A stretch of 40,453 nucleotides of DNA, from the NCBI GenBank assembly GCA_049967655.1, contig JBMFSH010000024.1, forward strand, positions 1 to 40,453, read 5' to 3'. This document shows positions 30,039 through 38,806 of this stretch, in pieces. The position numbers and the translations under genes are program-made. Source of the DNA: Acidobacteriota bacterium (lineage in GTDB: Bacteria; Acidobacteriota; UBA4820; DSQY01). The notes beneath the pieces are model-generated. The model ran no database searches. It was not told the DNA's origin and saw nothing but the letters and a program-made list of their open reading frames with translations. Numbering within the stretch: position 1 is the first letter of the stretch; every line of letters starts with the position of its first letter.

Positions 30039-31523
30039 ATGAAGAAAGTGCTCATCGCGAACCGCGGGGAGATCGCCGTCCGGATTATCCGCGCCCTCAG
30101 GGACATGGAGATGTCCGCCGTGGCCGTCTTCTCCGAGGCCGACCGGGCGGCGCGCCACGTCCGCCTGGCCGATGAGGCCTATTGCATCGGCCCTCCGCCC
30201 TCCAGCCAGAGCTACCTCAACATGGATGCCATCCTCGACGTGGCCAAGCGCAGCGGCGCCGAAGCCATCCACCCCGGCTACGGCTTCCTCTCCGAAAACG
30301 CCGAGTTCGCGGCGCGATGCGCCGAGGCGGGGCTCGTGTTCATCGGCCCCCCGCCCGCGGCCATCCAGGCCATGGGAGAGAAGACCCAGGCTCGGAGGAT
30401 CATGGCGAAGGCGGGAGTGCCCGTGGTGCCCGGTACGCTGGAGCCGCTGCGCGACGCCGAGGAGGCGGCCGCCGAAGCGGAGAAGGTGGGCTATCCCGTC
30501 ATGCTCAAGGCCGCAGCGGGCGGCGGCGGCAAGGGGATGCGCCTGGTGCACGAGGCCAAGGAGCTCCGCGGCGCCTTCAGAGACGCCTCCTCGGAGGCCG
30601 TGCAGTCCTTCGGGGACGGCTCGATCTACATCGAGAAGGCCATCCTCAAGCCTCGCCACATCGAGATGCAGATCCTCGCCGACTCCCACGGAAACGTGGT
30701 CTACATGGGCGAGCGCGAATGCTCCATCCAGAGGCGGCACCAGAAGATCGTGGAGGAGGCCCCGTCGCCCATGGTGGGGCCGGAGATGCGGGCCGCCATG
30801 GGCGAGATCGCCGTGAAGGCCGCCCGGGCCGTGGGCTATGTGAACGCGGGGACCATCGAGTTTCTCGTGGACGAGCGGGGCCAGTTCTACTTCATGGAGA
30901 TGAACACGAGGCTCCAGGTGGAGCACGCCGTCACCGAGATGGTCACGGGCATTGACCTGGCCCGGGCGCAGATCCGCATCGCGGCGGGTCAGAAGCTCCG
31001 CCTCCGGCAGGAGGAGCTCTCCATCCGAGGCTCGGCCATCGAGTGCCGGATCTACGCCGAGGACCCCGAGAACCACTTCCTTCCGTGCCCCGGCAAGATT
31101 GAGGCCGTGCGCCTTCCTGAGGGGCCCGGAGTGAGGGTGGACTCCTCCGTTTTCACCTCCGGGGAGGTCAGCCTCTACTACGATCCCATGGTGGCCAAGG
31201 TGGTCACGTGGGGCCGGGACAGGGTCATCGCCGCCCGCTCCATGATCCGGGCCCTGCAGGAGTTCCAGATCGTGGGAATCCGCACCAACCGGAACTTCCT
31301 GCTCCAGATCGTCTCCCATCCGGAGTTCCTGGAGGGAAAGCTGGACACCGGGTTCATTCCGCGGATCTTGGGAAAGAGCGAGTTCCGCTCGCCGGGCCCC
31401 CATCCGGTGGCGGACATCGCCGCCGCCATCTTTGCCTACGAGTCGGCGAGGCGGCAGCAGCCCTGCGCCGGCGCCGCGACGACGGGGCCGAGCGCCTGGC
31501 GGCGCGCCATAGGAAGGGGGTGA
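30039..31523 (+). CDS. accC: Biotin carboxylase subunit of an acyl-CoA carboxylase (AccC/PccA-like)
   Basis: KKVLIANRGEIA, HPGYGFLSEN, GGGGKGMR, ECSIQRRHQK, EMNTRLQVEH, YYDPMVAK. Confidence 0.9.
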   Translation: MKKVLIANRGEIAVRIIRALRDMEMSAVAVFSEADRAARHVRLADEAYCIGPPPSSQSYLNMDAILDVAKRSGAEAIHPGYGFLSENAEFAARCAEAGLVFIGPPPAAIQAMGEKTQARRIMAKAGVPVVPGTLEPLRDAEEAAAEAEKVGYPVMLKAAAGGGGKGMRLVHEAKELRGAFRDASSEAVQSFGDGSIYIEKAILKPRHIEMQILADSHGNVVYMGERECSIQRRHQKIVEEAPSPMVGPEMRAAMGEIAVKAARAVGYVNAGTIEFLVDERGQFYFMEMNTRLQVEHAVTEMVTGIDLARAQIRIAAGQKLRLRQEELSIRGSAIECRIYAEDPENHFLPCPGKIEAVRLPEGPGVRVDSSVFTSGEVSLYYDPMVAKVVTWGRDRVIAARSMIRALQEFQIVGIRTNRNFLLQIVSHPEFLEGKLDTGFIPRILGKSEFRSPGPHPVADIAAAIFAYESARRQQPCAGAATTGPSAWRRAIGRG

Positions 31524-31526
31524 GCC

Positions 31527-32045
31527 GTGCGCTACGTGATCCTTCGCGATGGCGAGCAGGTGCCGGTGGAGATCCAGGAGCGGGACGGCGGCTACCTCGT
31601 CAAGGTGGGCGGGGTGAGCCACGAGGTGGACAGCCGGGAGGTGGTTCCGGGTCTCCTTTCGCTCCTGGTCAACGGGAAGAGCTGGGAGGTGACGGTCTCC
31701 TCCCCCGAGCCCAACTTCTACCACGTCCACCTGTGGGACGGCATGCGGCGCGTGGAACTCCTGAGTCCCATCGACGTGGTCATGCGCAGCCAGGGAGGCG
31801 CCACGGCGGGCCGCGGCCTGCACGTGCGTTCGCCCATGCCGGGCAAGGTCGTGCGCGTCCTCGTGGCTCCCGGCCAGCGAGTCTCCAAGGGCGATGGCCT
31901 GGTGGTCGTGGAGGCCATGAAGATGCAGAACGAACTGCAGGCCCAGGGCGATGGCATCGTGAGAGAGGTTCGGGCCCGCGAGGGGGAAAACGTGGAAGGG
32001 GGTGTGGACCTGGTGCTGATGGACCCGGTAGAGGGTGATGGATGA
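31527..32045 (+). CDS. Biotin carboxyl carrier protein (BT-like N-terminus + biotinyl domain)
   Basis: SPMPGKVV, EAMKMQNE. Confidence 0.92.
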   Translation: MRYVILRDGEQVPVEIQERDGGYLVKVGGVSHEVDSREVVPGLLSLLVNGKSWEVTVSSPEPNFYHVHLWDGMRRVELLSPIDVVMRSQGGATAGRGLHVRSPMPGKVVRVLVAPGQRVSKGDGLVVVEAMKMQNELQAQGDGIVREVRAREGENVEGGVDLVLMDPVEGDG

Positions 32046-32088
32046 GGGAGAGCTGGCGGGGGTGAAAGGCTCCCCTGGAGGGATTCGG

Positions 32089-32179
32089 GATGAGGCGGTG
32101 AGGTGATGAGGTAGTGACGAGAACCCTCAGGGAGCCTCCCGCAGTCGGTCCTCAGCGCCCAGCATTCGGCACGAAGCAC
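32089..32179 (+). repeat. Degenerate intergenic 8-mer and 7-mer tandem repeats
   Basis: GATGAGGC GGTGAGGT GATGAGGT (32089-32112) and TCCTCAG CGCCCAG CATTCGG CACGAAG CAC (32149-32179). Confidence 0.4.
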
Positions 32180-32207
32180 AAAAAAAAGGGGCCCGGGGGC
32201 CCCTTTC
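32180..32207 (-). terminator. Intrinsic terminator of hup (possibly bidirectional)
   Basis: A8 run, then AAAGGGGCC(C)..GGCCCCTTT hairpin between convergent genes. Confidence 0.8.
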
Positions 32208-32231
32208 GTCACCGAAACGAGGTACGCCTTG

Positions 32232-32504
32232 TTACTTGATGGTCTCGGCGAGGCCCTTGCCCGGCTTGAATTTCGCAACCTTCTTGGCCGCGATCTTGAT
32301 GGGCTTGCCGGTCTTGGGGTTCCGGCCAGTGCGGGCATTGCGCTTGCCCACGCTGAAGGTCCCGAAGCCGACCAGGGTCACCTTGTCGCCCTTCTTGAGG
32401 GCCTTGGTGACGGAGCCAGTGAAGGAATCGAGAGCCTTCTGGGCGTCCGCCTTGCTGATTCCGGCACCGTTCGCGATGTGAGCAATCAGTTCCGCCTTGT
32501 TCAT
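32232..32504 (-). CDS. hup: DNA-binding protein HU
   Basis: [41 protein letters not shown]. Confidence 0.97.
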   Translation of the reverse strand: MNKAELIAHIANGAGISKADAQKALDSFTGSVTKALKKGDKVTLVGFGTFSVGKRNARTGRNPKTGKPIKIAAKKVAKFKPGKGLAETIK

Positions 32505-32533
32505 TCGAACCTCCTTTCCAAGGTTTCACCCCT

Positions 32534-32562
32534 AATATATTCCTGCAATCTCCGGCTGTCAA
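32534..32562 (-). promoter_or_regulatory. Strong sigma70 promoter of hup
   Basis: Minus strand TTGACA-N17-TATATT. Confidence 0.8.
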
Positions 32563-32642
32563 GGGTTTCTTGGGATGCGACCCGCTGAGAAGGCCGTTTG
32601 TCGGTAGTTTGGGATTATTCTATATAACAGATTGAGTTTGCA

Positions 32643-33905
32643 ATGCCTTATGGAGATGGTGACCACCTAGCTGAGGCCCTTCGGGCATTTCTGGAGGGTG
32701 CCAGCCCCGAAAGGTTGGCGGCGGCGGCCTTTGAACGCATGGCGAGGAAGGGCGGAAAGCCAGCGCGGGTACTCTGCCTCGGCAAGGCCGCGCCGGCCCT
32801 CGCTCGGGCCGCTGAGGCTGTGTGGCCGGGTGTGTCCGGGTTTCTGTACGGCACTTCGCCGCAGGGTAGGGCGCCTGGCTCATGGACCGAACTCTACGGT
32901 GACCACCCCCATCCCAGCGCAGGCAACCTCCGGCGGACCCGGGAGGTGCGGGCATGGATCGAGCGGGGGAGCGGCCCCCTGCTGGCCTGCGTCTCGGGCG
33001 GGGGGTCGGCGCTCCTGGTGGAGCCACGGCCACCCTGGACCCTGGAGGAGAAGGCGGCGGCAACGGAGCTCCTGATGCGGCGCGGTGCATCCATCGGAGA
33101 GATCAACGCCTTCAGGGCGCGACTCTCCACGGTGAAGGCTGGCGGACTGCTCGGGAGCGTACGGCCGTGGCCCGTCCTCACGGCCATCTGGAGCGACGTG
33201 GGGGCGGGCCGGGGGCGTCTCGTGAGTTCAGCCCCCACGCTGCCGTGGCGGGCGCGCGAGAGCGCGGAGGCCGTGGTGGCGAGGTACGATCTGCGGCTCG
33301 CGCGCCCTTTGCCGGCACCCGACCCGAAGGCAAGCGCTGGGCGAGGAGACCGATGGATGGTGCTCTTCGATGCCCTCGCCCTCCGGCGGCTCGTGGCTGC
33401 GAGGCTTCGCGAGGAGGGATACGAAACCATCGAGATGCCGGTCCCGGAAGGGGTCCATGCGGAGCGGCTCGCTGCAAAAATCGCCCAGTGCTTTGCGCGC
33501 CGGCGCTCTCGGGCTCCGCTGGCCGTGTTGGGAACGGGCGAGGCAACCGTCGTCGCGCGGAGTGCCGAGGGCCGGGGAGGTCGCTGCAGCCACCTCGCCG
33601 CCGCTCTCGCCCTGGAGATGGCGGGGCGAAGCCGGGAATCGCCGTGGCTGTTCGCGGCGCTCGCCACGGACGGGGTGGACGGCTCGGGCGGCGCCGGGGT
33701 CTTCACCGATTCAGCGCACGCGCCGCCGGCGGAGGAGCTTCGCTCGGCGCTGGAGCGCTGCGACACGGGGCGGCTCTGGGAGGAGTGGGGCGGCATGCTT
33801 CGACGCGGGCCCACCGGCAATAACCTTCGGGACCTCTGGGTCCTGGCCGGTGGTCCGCGCCCCTCCGTGGGCGCGGACCACCGGGAAAAGGGGAGCCAGG
33901 CATGA
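32643..33905 (+). CDS. Glycerate 2-kinase-like protein (DUF4147/MOFRL), divergent
   Basis: LGKAA, HPHP, VSGGGSAL, GASIGEIN..R..LSTVKAGGL, SDV, GEATV..GRGGR, TDGVDG, GPTGNNLRD. Confidence 0.85.
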   Translation: MPYGDGDHLAEALRAFLEGASPERLAAAAFERMARKGGKPARVLCLGKAAPALARAAEAVWPGVSGFLYGTSPQGRAPGSWTELYGDHPHPSAGNLRRTREVRAWIERGSGPLLACVSGGGSALLVEPRPPWTLEEKAAATELLMRRGASIGEINAFRARLSTVKAGGLLGSVRPWPVLTAIWSDVGAGRGRLVSSAPTLPWRARESAEAVVARYDLRLARPLPAPDPKASAGRGDRWMVLFDALALRRLVAARLREEGYETIEMPVPEGVHAERLAAKIAQCFARRRSRAPLAVLGTGEATVVARSAEGRGGRCSHLAAALALEMAGRSRESPWLFAALATDGVDGSGGAGVFTDSAHAPPAEELRSALERCDTGRLWEEWGGMLRRGPTGNNLRDLWVLAGGPRPSVGADHREKGSQA

Positions 33906-35122
33906 AGTTGCTCTTCGACCCCTCGGCGGTCGGGCTCTATGTCCACGTTCCGTTCTGCGCCTCCATCTGCGGCTACTGCGATTTCTACAGGGTGCTGGAT
34001 CGGGGCGGCGGCGTGCCCGCCGATTTCGAAGAGCTCCTCCTGATGGAGGCCGCCCTCTATCGGGAATCACCCCCCGTAGAGCTGGATTCGCTCTACTTCG
34101 GAGGCGGCACCCCCTCGCTGCTCGGACCCGAGCGCCTGGGGCGATTGATTCGGGGCCTGGGCGCGGTCTTTGCCTTCCGCCCGGACTCGGAGGTGACCCT
34201 CGAAGCCAACCCCGAGACCGTGACACCGGCGGCCCTTCGCGGATGGCTCGACGGGGGCGTCACCCGCCTCTCCATCGGCGTGCAGAGCTTCGACGAGGGG
34301 GTCCTCGCGGCGCTGGACCGCCGGGCCGGCCCCGCCCGGGCGCTGGAGGCGGTGGAACAGGCGGCGTCGGCAGGCTTCAGGCGCCTCTCGGTGGACATGA
34401 TGACGGGTGTGCCGGGCCAGGATGCGGATTCCCTTGAAGCGGACCTGGAGCGCGCGGCGCAGCTGCCCGTGGACCACCTCTCCTTTTACAGCCTGGATCT
34501 GCACCCGCAGACCAAACTCCACCGAGCGGTGCTGCTCGGCCGCCAGTTGCTTCCGGATGACGATGCCGCCGCCCAGATGTGGGAGCGCTCCCACGAGCTC
34601 CTTACCGAGCGGGGCTTCGAGCATTATGAGGTCTCCAACTTCGCCCGGCCGGGCGGTCGCTGCCGGCACAACCTCCGGACCTGGCAGGGGGGGGACGGCA
34701 TCGGCCTCGGGCCCGCCGCCTGGGGACGCTTCCGGGCTCGGCTCCTGGCCAACCCGAGGAGCCTCGCGAGGTGGAGGTTGGCGCTGAAGGAGGGGAGGAC
34801 TCCCTGGGAATCGGTGGAGCCGCTCTCTGCGCGCAGGCAGAAGCAGGACCTGCTCATCTTCGGCCTGCGCGTCTCCGACGGAGTGCCCCTGGAGTCGGTG
34901 GAGGAGCTCCTAGCCGAGGACGGCCGGGATCCGCTGGCGATCGTGAAGGCCTTGACCGACCACGGATACGCGGTGTGCGAGGAGGGAGTGCTCCGCCTGA
35001 CCCCCTTGGGATTCCTCATGTCCAGCGAGGTGCTCGTCTACCTTCTGCCGCGGGGATGGGCGGGATCCTCATCGAGAGCAAGGGCTACGCCAGGTCGGGG
35101 CGCGGGCCGATGCGCTACGTGA
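33902..35122 (+). CDS. hemW: Radical SAM heme chaperone HemW (HemN-like)
   Basis: LYVHVPFCASICGYCDF, YFGGGTPS, EVTLEANP, RLSIGVQSF, HYEVSNFA, RHN..W. Confidence 0.9.
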   Translation: MKLLFDPSAVGLYVHVPFCASICGYCDFYRVLDRGGGVPADFEELLLMEAALYRESPPVELDSLYFGGGTPSLLGPERLGRLIRGLGAVFAFRPDSEVTLEANPETVTPAALRGWLDGGVTRLSIGVQSFDEGVLAALDRRAGPARALEAVEQAASAGFRRLSVDMMTGVPGQDADSLEADLERAAQLPVDHLSFYSLDLHPQTKLHRAVLLGRQLLPDDDAAAQMWERSHELLTERGFEHYEVSNFARPGGRCRHNLRTWQGGDGIGLGPAAWGRFRARLLANPRSLARWRLALKEGRTPWESVEPLSARRQKQDLLIFGLRVSDGVPLESVEELLAEDGRDPLAIVKALTDHGYAVCEEGVLRLTPLGFLMSSEVLVYLLPRGWAGSSSRARATPGRGAGRCAT

Positions 35123-35488
35123 TGGTCCCGCTCCACCGGCTCCTCTCCAAGCGGTCCTGCCCCCCGCGGGCTGCGAATCCCCAGGAGGAGGACCGCCCCC
35201 GAGGGCAACACCAGCTCCCCCATGTCCGGAAAGAGTCGCGAGAGCCAGAGAAGCTGCGTGCAAGCGTAGCAGATGGGCCGGCCGTCCAAAAGCGCCTCGG
35301 ATTCAATGGCGCGTCGCTTTGCCGAAAACCGCGGCCTGGAAGGTGAGGAACTCCGCGCCGCCGAGGAGAATTCCCCACCGCGCCGATTTCTCCAGGAAGG
35401 CTCGTCGACCCCATGATGCCCGCAGGTCCGATCTTCCGCACGTACACCAGGCCCATTGCAGGAAAGGTAGGGCTGGAGCCACCACCTG

Positions 35489-37162
35489 TTAAAGGGGTGA
35501 TCGAATGCGGGCGGAGAGAGAAGGAGAGGGGCCGGGCTGAGGAGGTTGCCGTGTGAGCCAGCGGGAGGTGCGGGCCGTCACGAGAGCCCACGCCGAGAGC
35601 CAGGAGAGCCCCACGAGCCAAAAGAGGGAGTAGGGCAGCGCCCAGCGAAAGCCGAATCCGCTTCGGTGGCGGCGCAGGTAGACAATCGCCGGCACCAACG
35701 AAGCGAGGAGGGCGCCCGAAAGCAGGGCGCGAAGACTGTCCATCGGGGCCAAGAACAGGTGCATGAAGGTGCTCAGCTTGAGGGCTTCGCCCACGGACAT
35801 CAGGAAGAGGTGCCAGCTTCCCATGAGGCGCAGCCAGCCCTTGCCCGTATCGCCGACGCGGAAGGGGGTGAAGAGGAAGCTCCCCAACACCATGCTCTCT
35901 CGGACGTTGCTGCGCGCCCAGCGGAGCATCATGCGCCTGAGGCCGCCGTAACTCACGGGCAGTTTGGTCAAGACGACGGCCTCGCGCTGGTAGACGACGC
36001 GGTAGCCGCTGCGAAGGATCCGGTTGGTGAGCGCCCGGTCCTCGCCGATGGTGGCGGGATTCCCCAGGAACCGCTGTTCCAGCCAGGCCGGAAGCTCTCC
36101 GCGCACTGCCGAAGCGCGGTATGCGGAGAGGGCGCCGGGCGTGCAAAGCACTCCCCCGAAGACGCTCTGCCCCGATCGAATGAAGTCGAAGGCGGCGGTG
36201 AAGGAGACCTCCATCATCTTGGGCAGGACTCCTTCGTCGCGGTTCAGCACGCGCACGTTTCCCGCCACGGCCCCCACCCTGGGGTCGAGCACGAAGGGGC
36301 TCACGAGGTGGCACAGGGTCTCTGGCGGGATCTCCGAGTCCGAGTCAATGCTCACGTAAATCGTACCCGCGGCCTGCTGGAAACCCGCCATCAAAGCCCT
36401 CCGCTTGCCGCCGTTGATTTTCTGGCGAAGCGTGAGGAGGCGAGTGGGGAATTCCCGCTTGGCTCGCTTCAGCCAGGCCCACGTGTCGTCGGTGGAACCA
36501 TCGTCCACGGCTACCACCTGGAGCTTTGAGGGCGGATAGCGGCTCGCCATCACCGAGCGGATTGTTTGCAGGACTTGGCAGCCCTCATTGAAGGCGGGGA
36601 TCACCACCGTCACCGTGGGCAGTGCCTCATCGGTCACGCAGGGGTAGGGTCGGTAGCGGCACGCCATCCAAATGCGAAAGCCAAGCACGCCCATGCCCGC
36701 GAGCGTGATCGCGGCGCCCAATAGACCCAGGGAGAGGCTGTAGGCGTGAAGAAACGTCGTACTCGCATGCCGATGGGTCCAGGTGAACCAGAGCATCCCA
36801 GCCGTGGTGAGGCCGGCCACGCCCAACAGAAAGAAGTAAAGCTTCTCCTCCCGCTGAAGAAGCCCCGCCGCGCGCGTTCCCCCCGCGCCCGAGATCTGCT
36901 CTGCCTGTCCTAGAAGACGGAAGGCGGAACGGGGCGCGTGGCCAGTTAGAGCCTCGCTGCCGCTCGCGGAGGTCGCGGAGCGAAGCGCCCTACCGGCCTC
37001 CTCCTCTCTTTTCAGAAGCTGTGTCGATCCGTAAGTCTCGTCGATCAAGCGCTCCACCTTGAAGAAGAAGCCCCGGCCGCCCGTTTCTGTCGGACGGTTC
37101 ACTGGCTGGCGGGTCTCCCCTCGACACCCCTCCAGCCTATTCGGGTGCCCGGCAGACTCCAC
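35489..37162 (-). CDS. Processive GT2 glycosyltransferase, hyaluronan synthase/NodC-like (true start uncertain, probably downstream of 37162)
   Basis: VIPAFNE, DDGS, GKRRAL, IDSDS, CTPGALSAYR, GEDRALTN, MMLRWARS at the QxxRW position. Two N-terminal and several C-terminal TM helices. Confidence 0.85.
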   Translation of the reverse strand: MESAGHPNRLEGCRGETRQPVNRPTETGGRGFFFKVERLIDETYGSTQLLKREEEAGRALRSATSASGSEALTGHAPRSAFRLLGQAEQISGAGGTRAAGLLQREEKLYFFLLGVAGLTTAGMLWFTWTHRHASTTFLHAYSLSLGLLGAAITLAGMGVLGFRIWMACRYRPYPCVTDEALPTVTVVIPAFNEGCQVLQTIRSVMASRYPPSKLQVVAVDDGSTDDTWAWLKRAKREFPTRLLTLRQKINGGKRRALMAGFQQAAGTIYVSIDSDSEIPPETLCHLVSPFVLDPRVGAVAGNVRVLNRDEGVLPKMMEVSFTAAFDFIRSGQSVFGGVLCTPGALSAYRASAVRGELPAWLEQRFLGNPATIGEDRALTNRILRSGYRVVYQREAVVLTKLPVSYGGLRRMMLRWARSNVRESMVLGSFLFTPFRVGDTGKGWLRLMGSWHLFLMSVGEALKLSTFMHLFLAPMDSLRALLSGALLASLVPAIVYLRRHRSGFGFRWALPYSLFWLVGLSWLSAWALVTARTSRWLTRQPPQPGPSPSLSARIRSPL

Positions 37163-37290
37163 GCACGGCCTAGACCTCGCTGGTGCAGAAAAGGATTAGC
37201 CCTCTCCCTTCCATCCCGACTCCCCCAGAGCCTCCAAGACGAGATAGGAGAACACGAAGAAGGAGCAACATCAAGGGGAGGGCGCGCACT

Positions 37291-38430
37291 CTACCCCAGC
37301 AGCTCGTGGGCCTCCTTGAGCGTCTCGATGATGGGGATGGCCTGGGGGCACTTGGGCTCGCACTCGCCGCACTCGATGCAGGCGTCGGCGGCCAGCCCTC
37401 GGGAGACTAGGATTCCCTTGTAAAGCCGCGACGTAGCCTCCCGGGAGTCGAACATGGCGGTGGTGTTGAGCATGGAGAAGACGTCCGGGATGGAAACGCC
37501 GTTGGGGCAGGGCAGGCAGTAGCCGCACGTGGTGCAGGGGACCTTCATGCGTTCGAGGTAGTAGTGGCGGACCTCCGCGGCGAGCTCCAGCTCGGCTCCG
37601 CTCAAGGCACCCGGCGCCGCCGTATCGGCGACCGCGAGGTTCTCGCGGAGCTGCTCTCCGCTGTTCATCCCCGAGAGGGCCGTGACCACCTCGGGGTGGT
37701 GCCACACCCACCGCCAGGCCCACTCGGCGGGCGACAACGCCCTCCCGCCGCGCGCCCAGATGGCCCGCACGGCCTCCGGCTGGCCCGCGGCCAGAAGTCC
37801 TCCCCGCAGCGGCTCCATGGCGATCACGCCCACCTTCCTGGAGGCGGCGAGCCGCAGGCCCGCGAGGCCGGCTTGGAAATCCACGTCCAGCAGGTTGAGC
37901 TGGATCTGGCAAAAGTCCCAGTCGTAGCCCCCGATGATCTGGGCGAAATCGTCGGGCGACCCGTGGAAAGAGAAGCCCGCGTAGCCGATCCGCCGGTCAG
38001 CGAGGGCGCGGTCGAGGGCGCGCAGCCCGCCCAGGCGCGTCACGGTCTCCCAGCGCTCGGCGTTGAGGGCGTGAAGGAGGTAGAAGTCGACCCGGTCCGT
38101 CTCCAGGCGCCGCAGTTGCCCGTCGAGGAAGCGCTCCCAGTCGCCCTCGGCCGCCACCATCCAGGTGGGGCACTTGGTGGCGAGCTGGACGCGCCCGCGG
38201 TAGCCGCCCCTGAGGGCGCGGCCCACGAAGGGCTCGCTCTCGCCGCCGTGGTAGGGATAGGCCGTGTCCACGTAGTTGACGCCCTCCTCGATGGCCGCGT
38301 GGAGGAGCTTCGTGGCCTGCTCCTCGTCGATGCGCGCCGCGTCGCCGTTGAGCACGGGCAGGCGCATGCAGCCGAAGCCGAGGATCGAGATGGGCAGGCC
38401 GGGAATCTTGGGGAAGGTCCTGAATCGCAG
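37291..38430 (-). CDS. Aldo/keto reductase with C-terminal 4Fe-4S dicluster domain (COG1453-like)
   Basis: SILGFGCMRLP, GVNYVDTAYPYH, LATK, DFYLLH, GFSFH, MEPLRGG, LSGM, CTTCGYCLPCP, CIECGECEPKCPQ. Start uncertain: CTG 38430 or ATG 38466. Confidence 0.92.
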   Translation of the reverse strand: MRFRTFPKIPGLPISILGFGCMRLPVLNGDAARIDEEQATKLLHAAIEEGVNYVDTAYPYHGGESEPFVGRALRGGYRGRVQLATKCPTWMVAAEGDWERFLDGQLRRLETDRVDFYLLHALNAERWETVTRLGGLRALDRALADRRIGYAGFSFHGSPDDFAQIIGGYDWDFCQIQLNLLDVDFQAGLAGLRLAASRKVGVIAMEPLRGGLLAAGQPEAVRAIWARGGRALSPAEWAWRWVWHHPEVVTALSGMNSGEQLRENLAVADTAAPGALSGAELELAAEVRHYYLERMKVPCTTCGYCLPCPNGVSIPDVFSMLNTTAMFDSREATSRLYKGILVSRGLAADACIECGECEPKCPQAIPIIETLKEAHELLG

Positions 38431-38623
38431 AACGGGCCTCCGTGGCAGACAGTCGTCCCCGAGCATGGGCAGTGGCCGGCGAGGGGATCGCCACCCAACC
38501 GGGAGGCCGCTCGCGCGGCGCAGAAACATATCCTATACCCAAAAGCCAGGAGGCGGTGCCCCGTTGCCCTTGCGCCTCCATTAATGGCGGCCCAATGGAG
38601 GGGGCCTGCCCCTTGGAGGGTTC

Positions 38624-38700
38624 TGGCGCGCCCGGAGGGATTCGAACCCCCGACCACCGGCTTAGAAGGCAGGTGCTCTATCCAACTGAGCTACGGGCGC
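38624..38700 (-). tRNA. tRNA-Arg (TCT)
   Basis: Reverse complement GCGCCCGTAGCTCAGTTGGATAGAGCA-CCTGC-CT-TCT-AA-GCCGG...GGTTCGAATCC..GGGCGCGCCA; 77 nt. TATACT -10 element at 38711-38716. Confidence 0.95.
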
Positions 38701-38806
38701 GCAGGAGGACAGTATAGTGGAAACGCGGGGGGTTCGGGAAGCTAGGAATCCTTGGAGGGTGTGACTTTCGTTGGTATACTGGCGGCCGCTTCGGGAGGGG
38801 GCCAGA

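Noticed and set aside
32089..32179. Degenerate 7/8-mer repeats as a possible CRISPR or functional array
   Set aside because: Units are too short and degenerate, with no spacers and no cas genes. Kept only as a low-confidence repeat feature.
35307..35315. TGGCGCG as a possible duplicated 3' end of tRNA-Arg(TCT) bounding a GT2/aldo-keto reductase island
   Set aside because: Only 7 bp match in GC-rich DNA and there is no integrase, so it is insufficient to call an att site.
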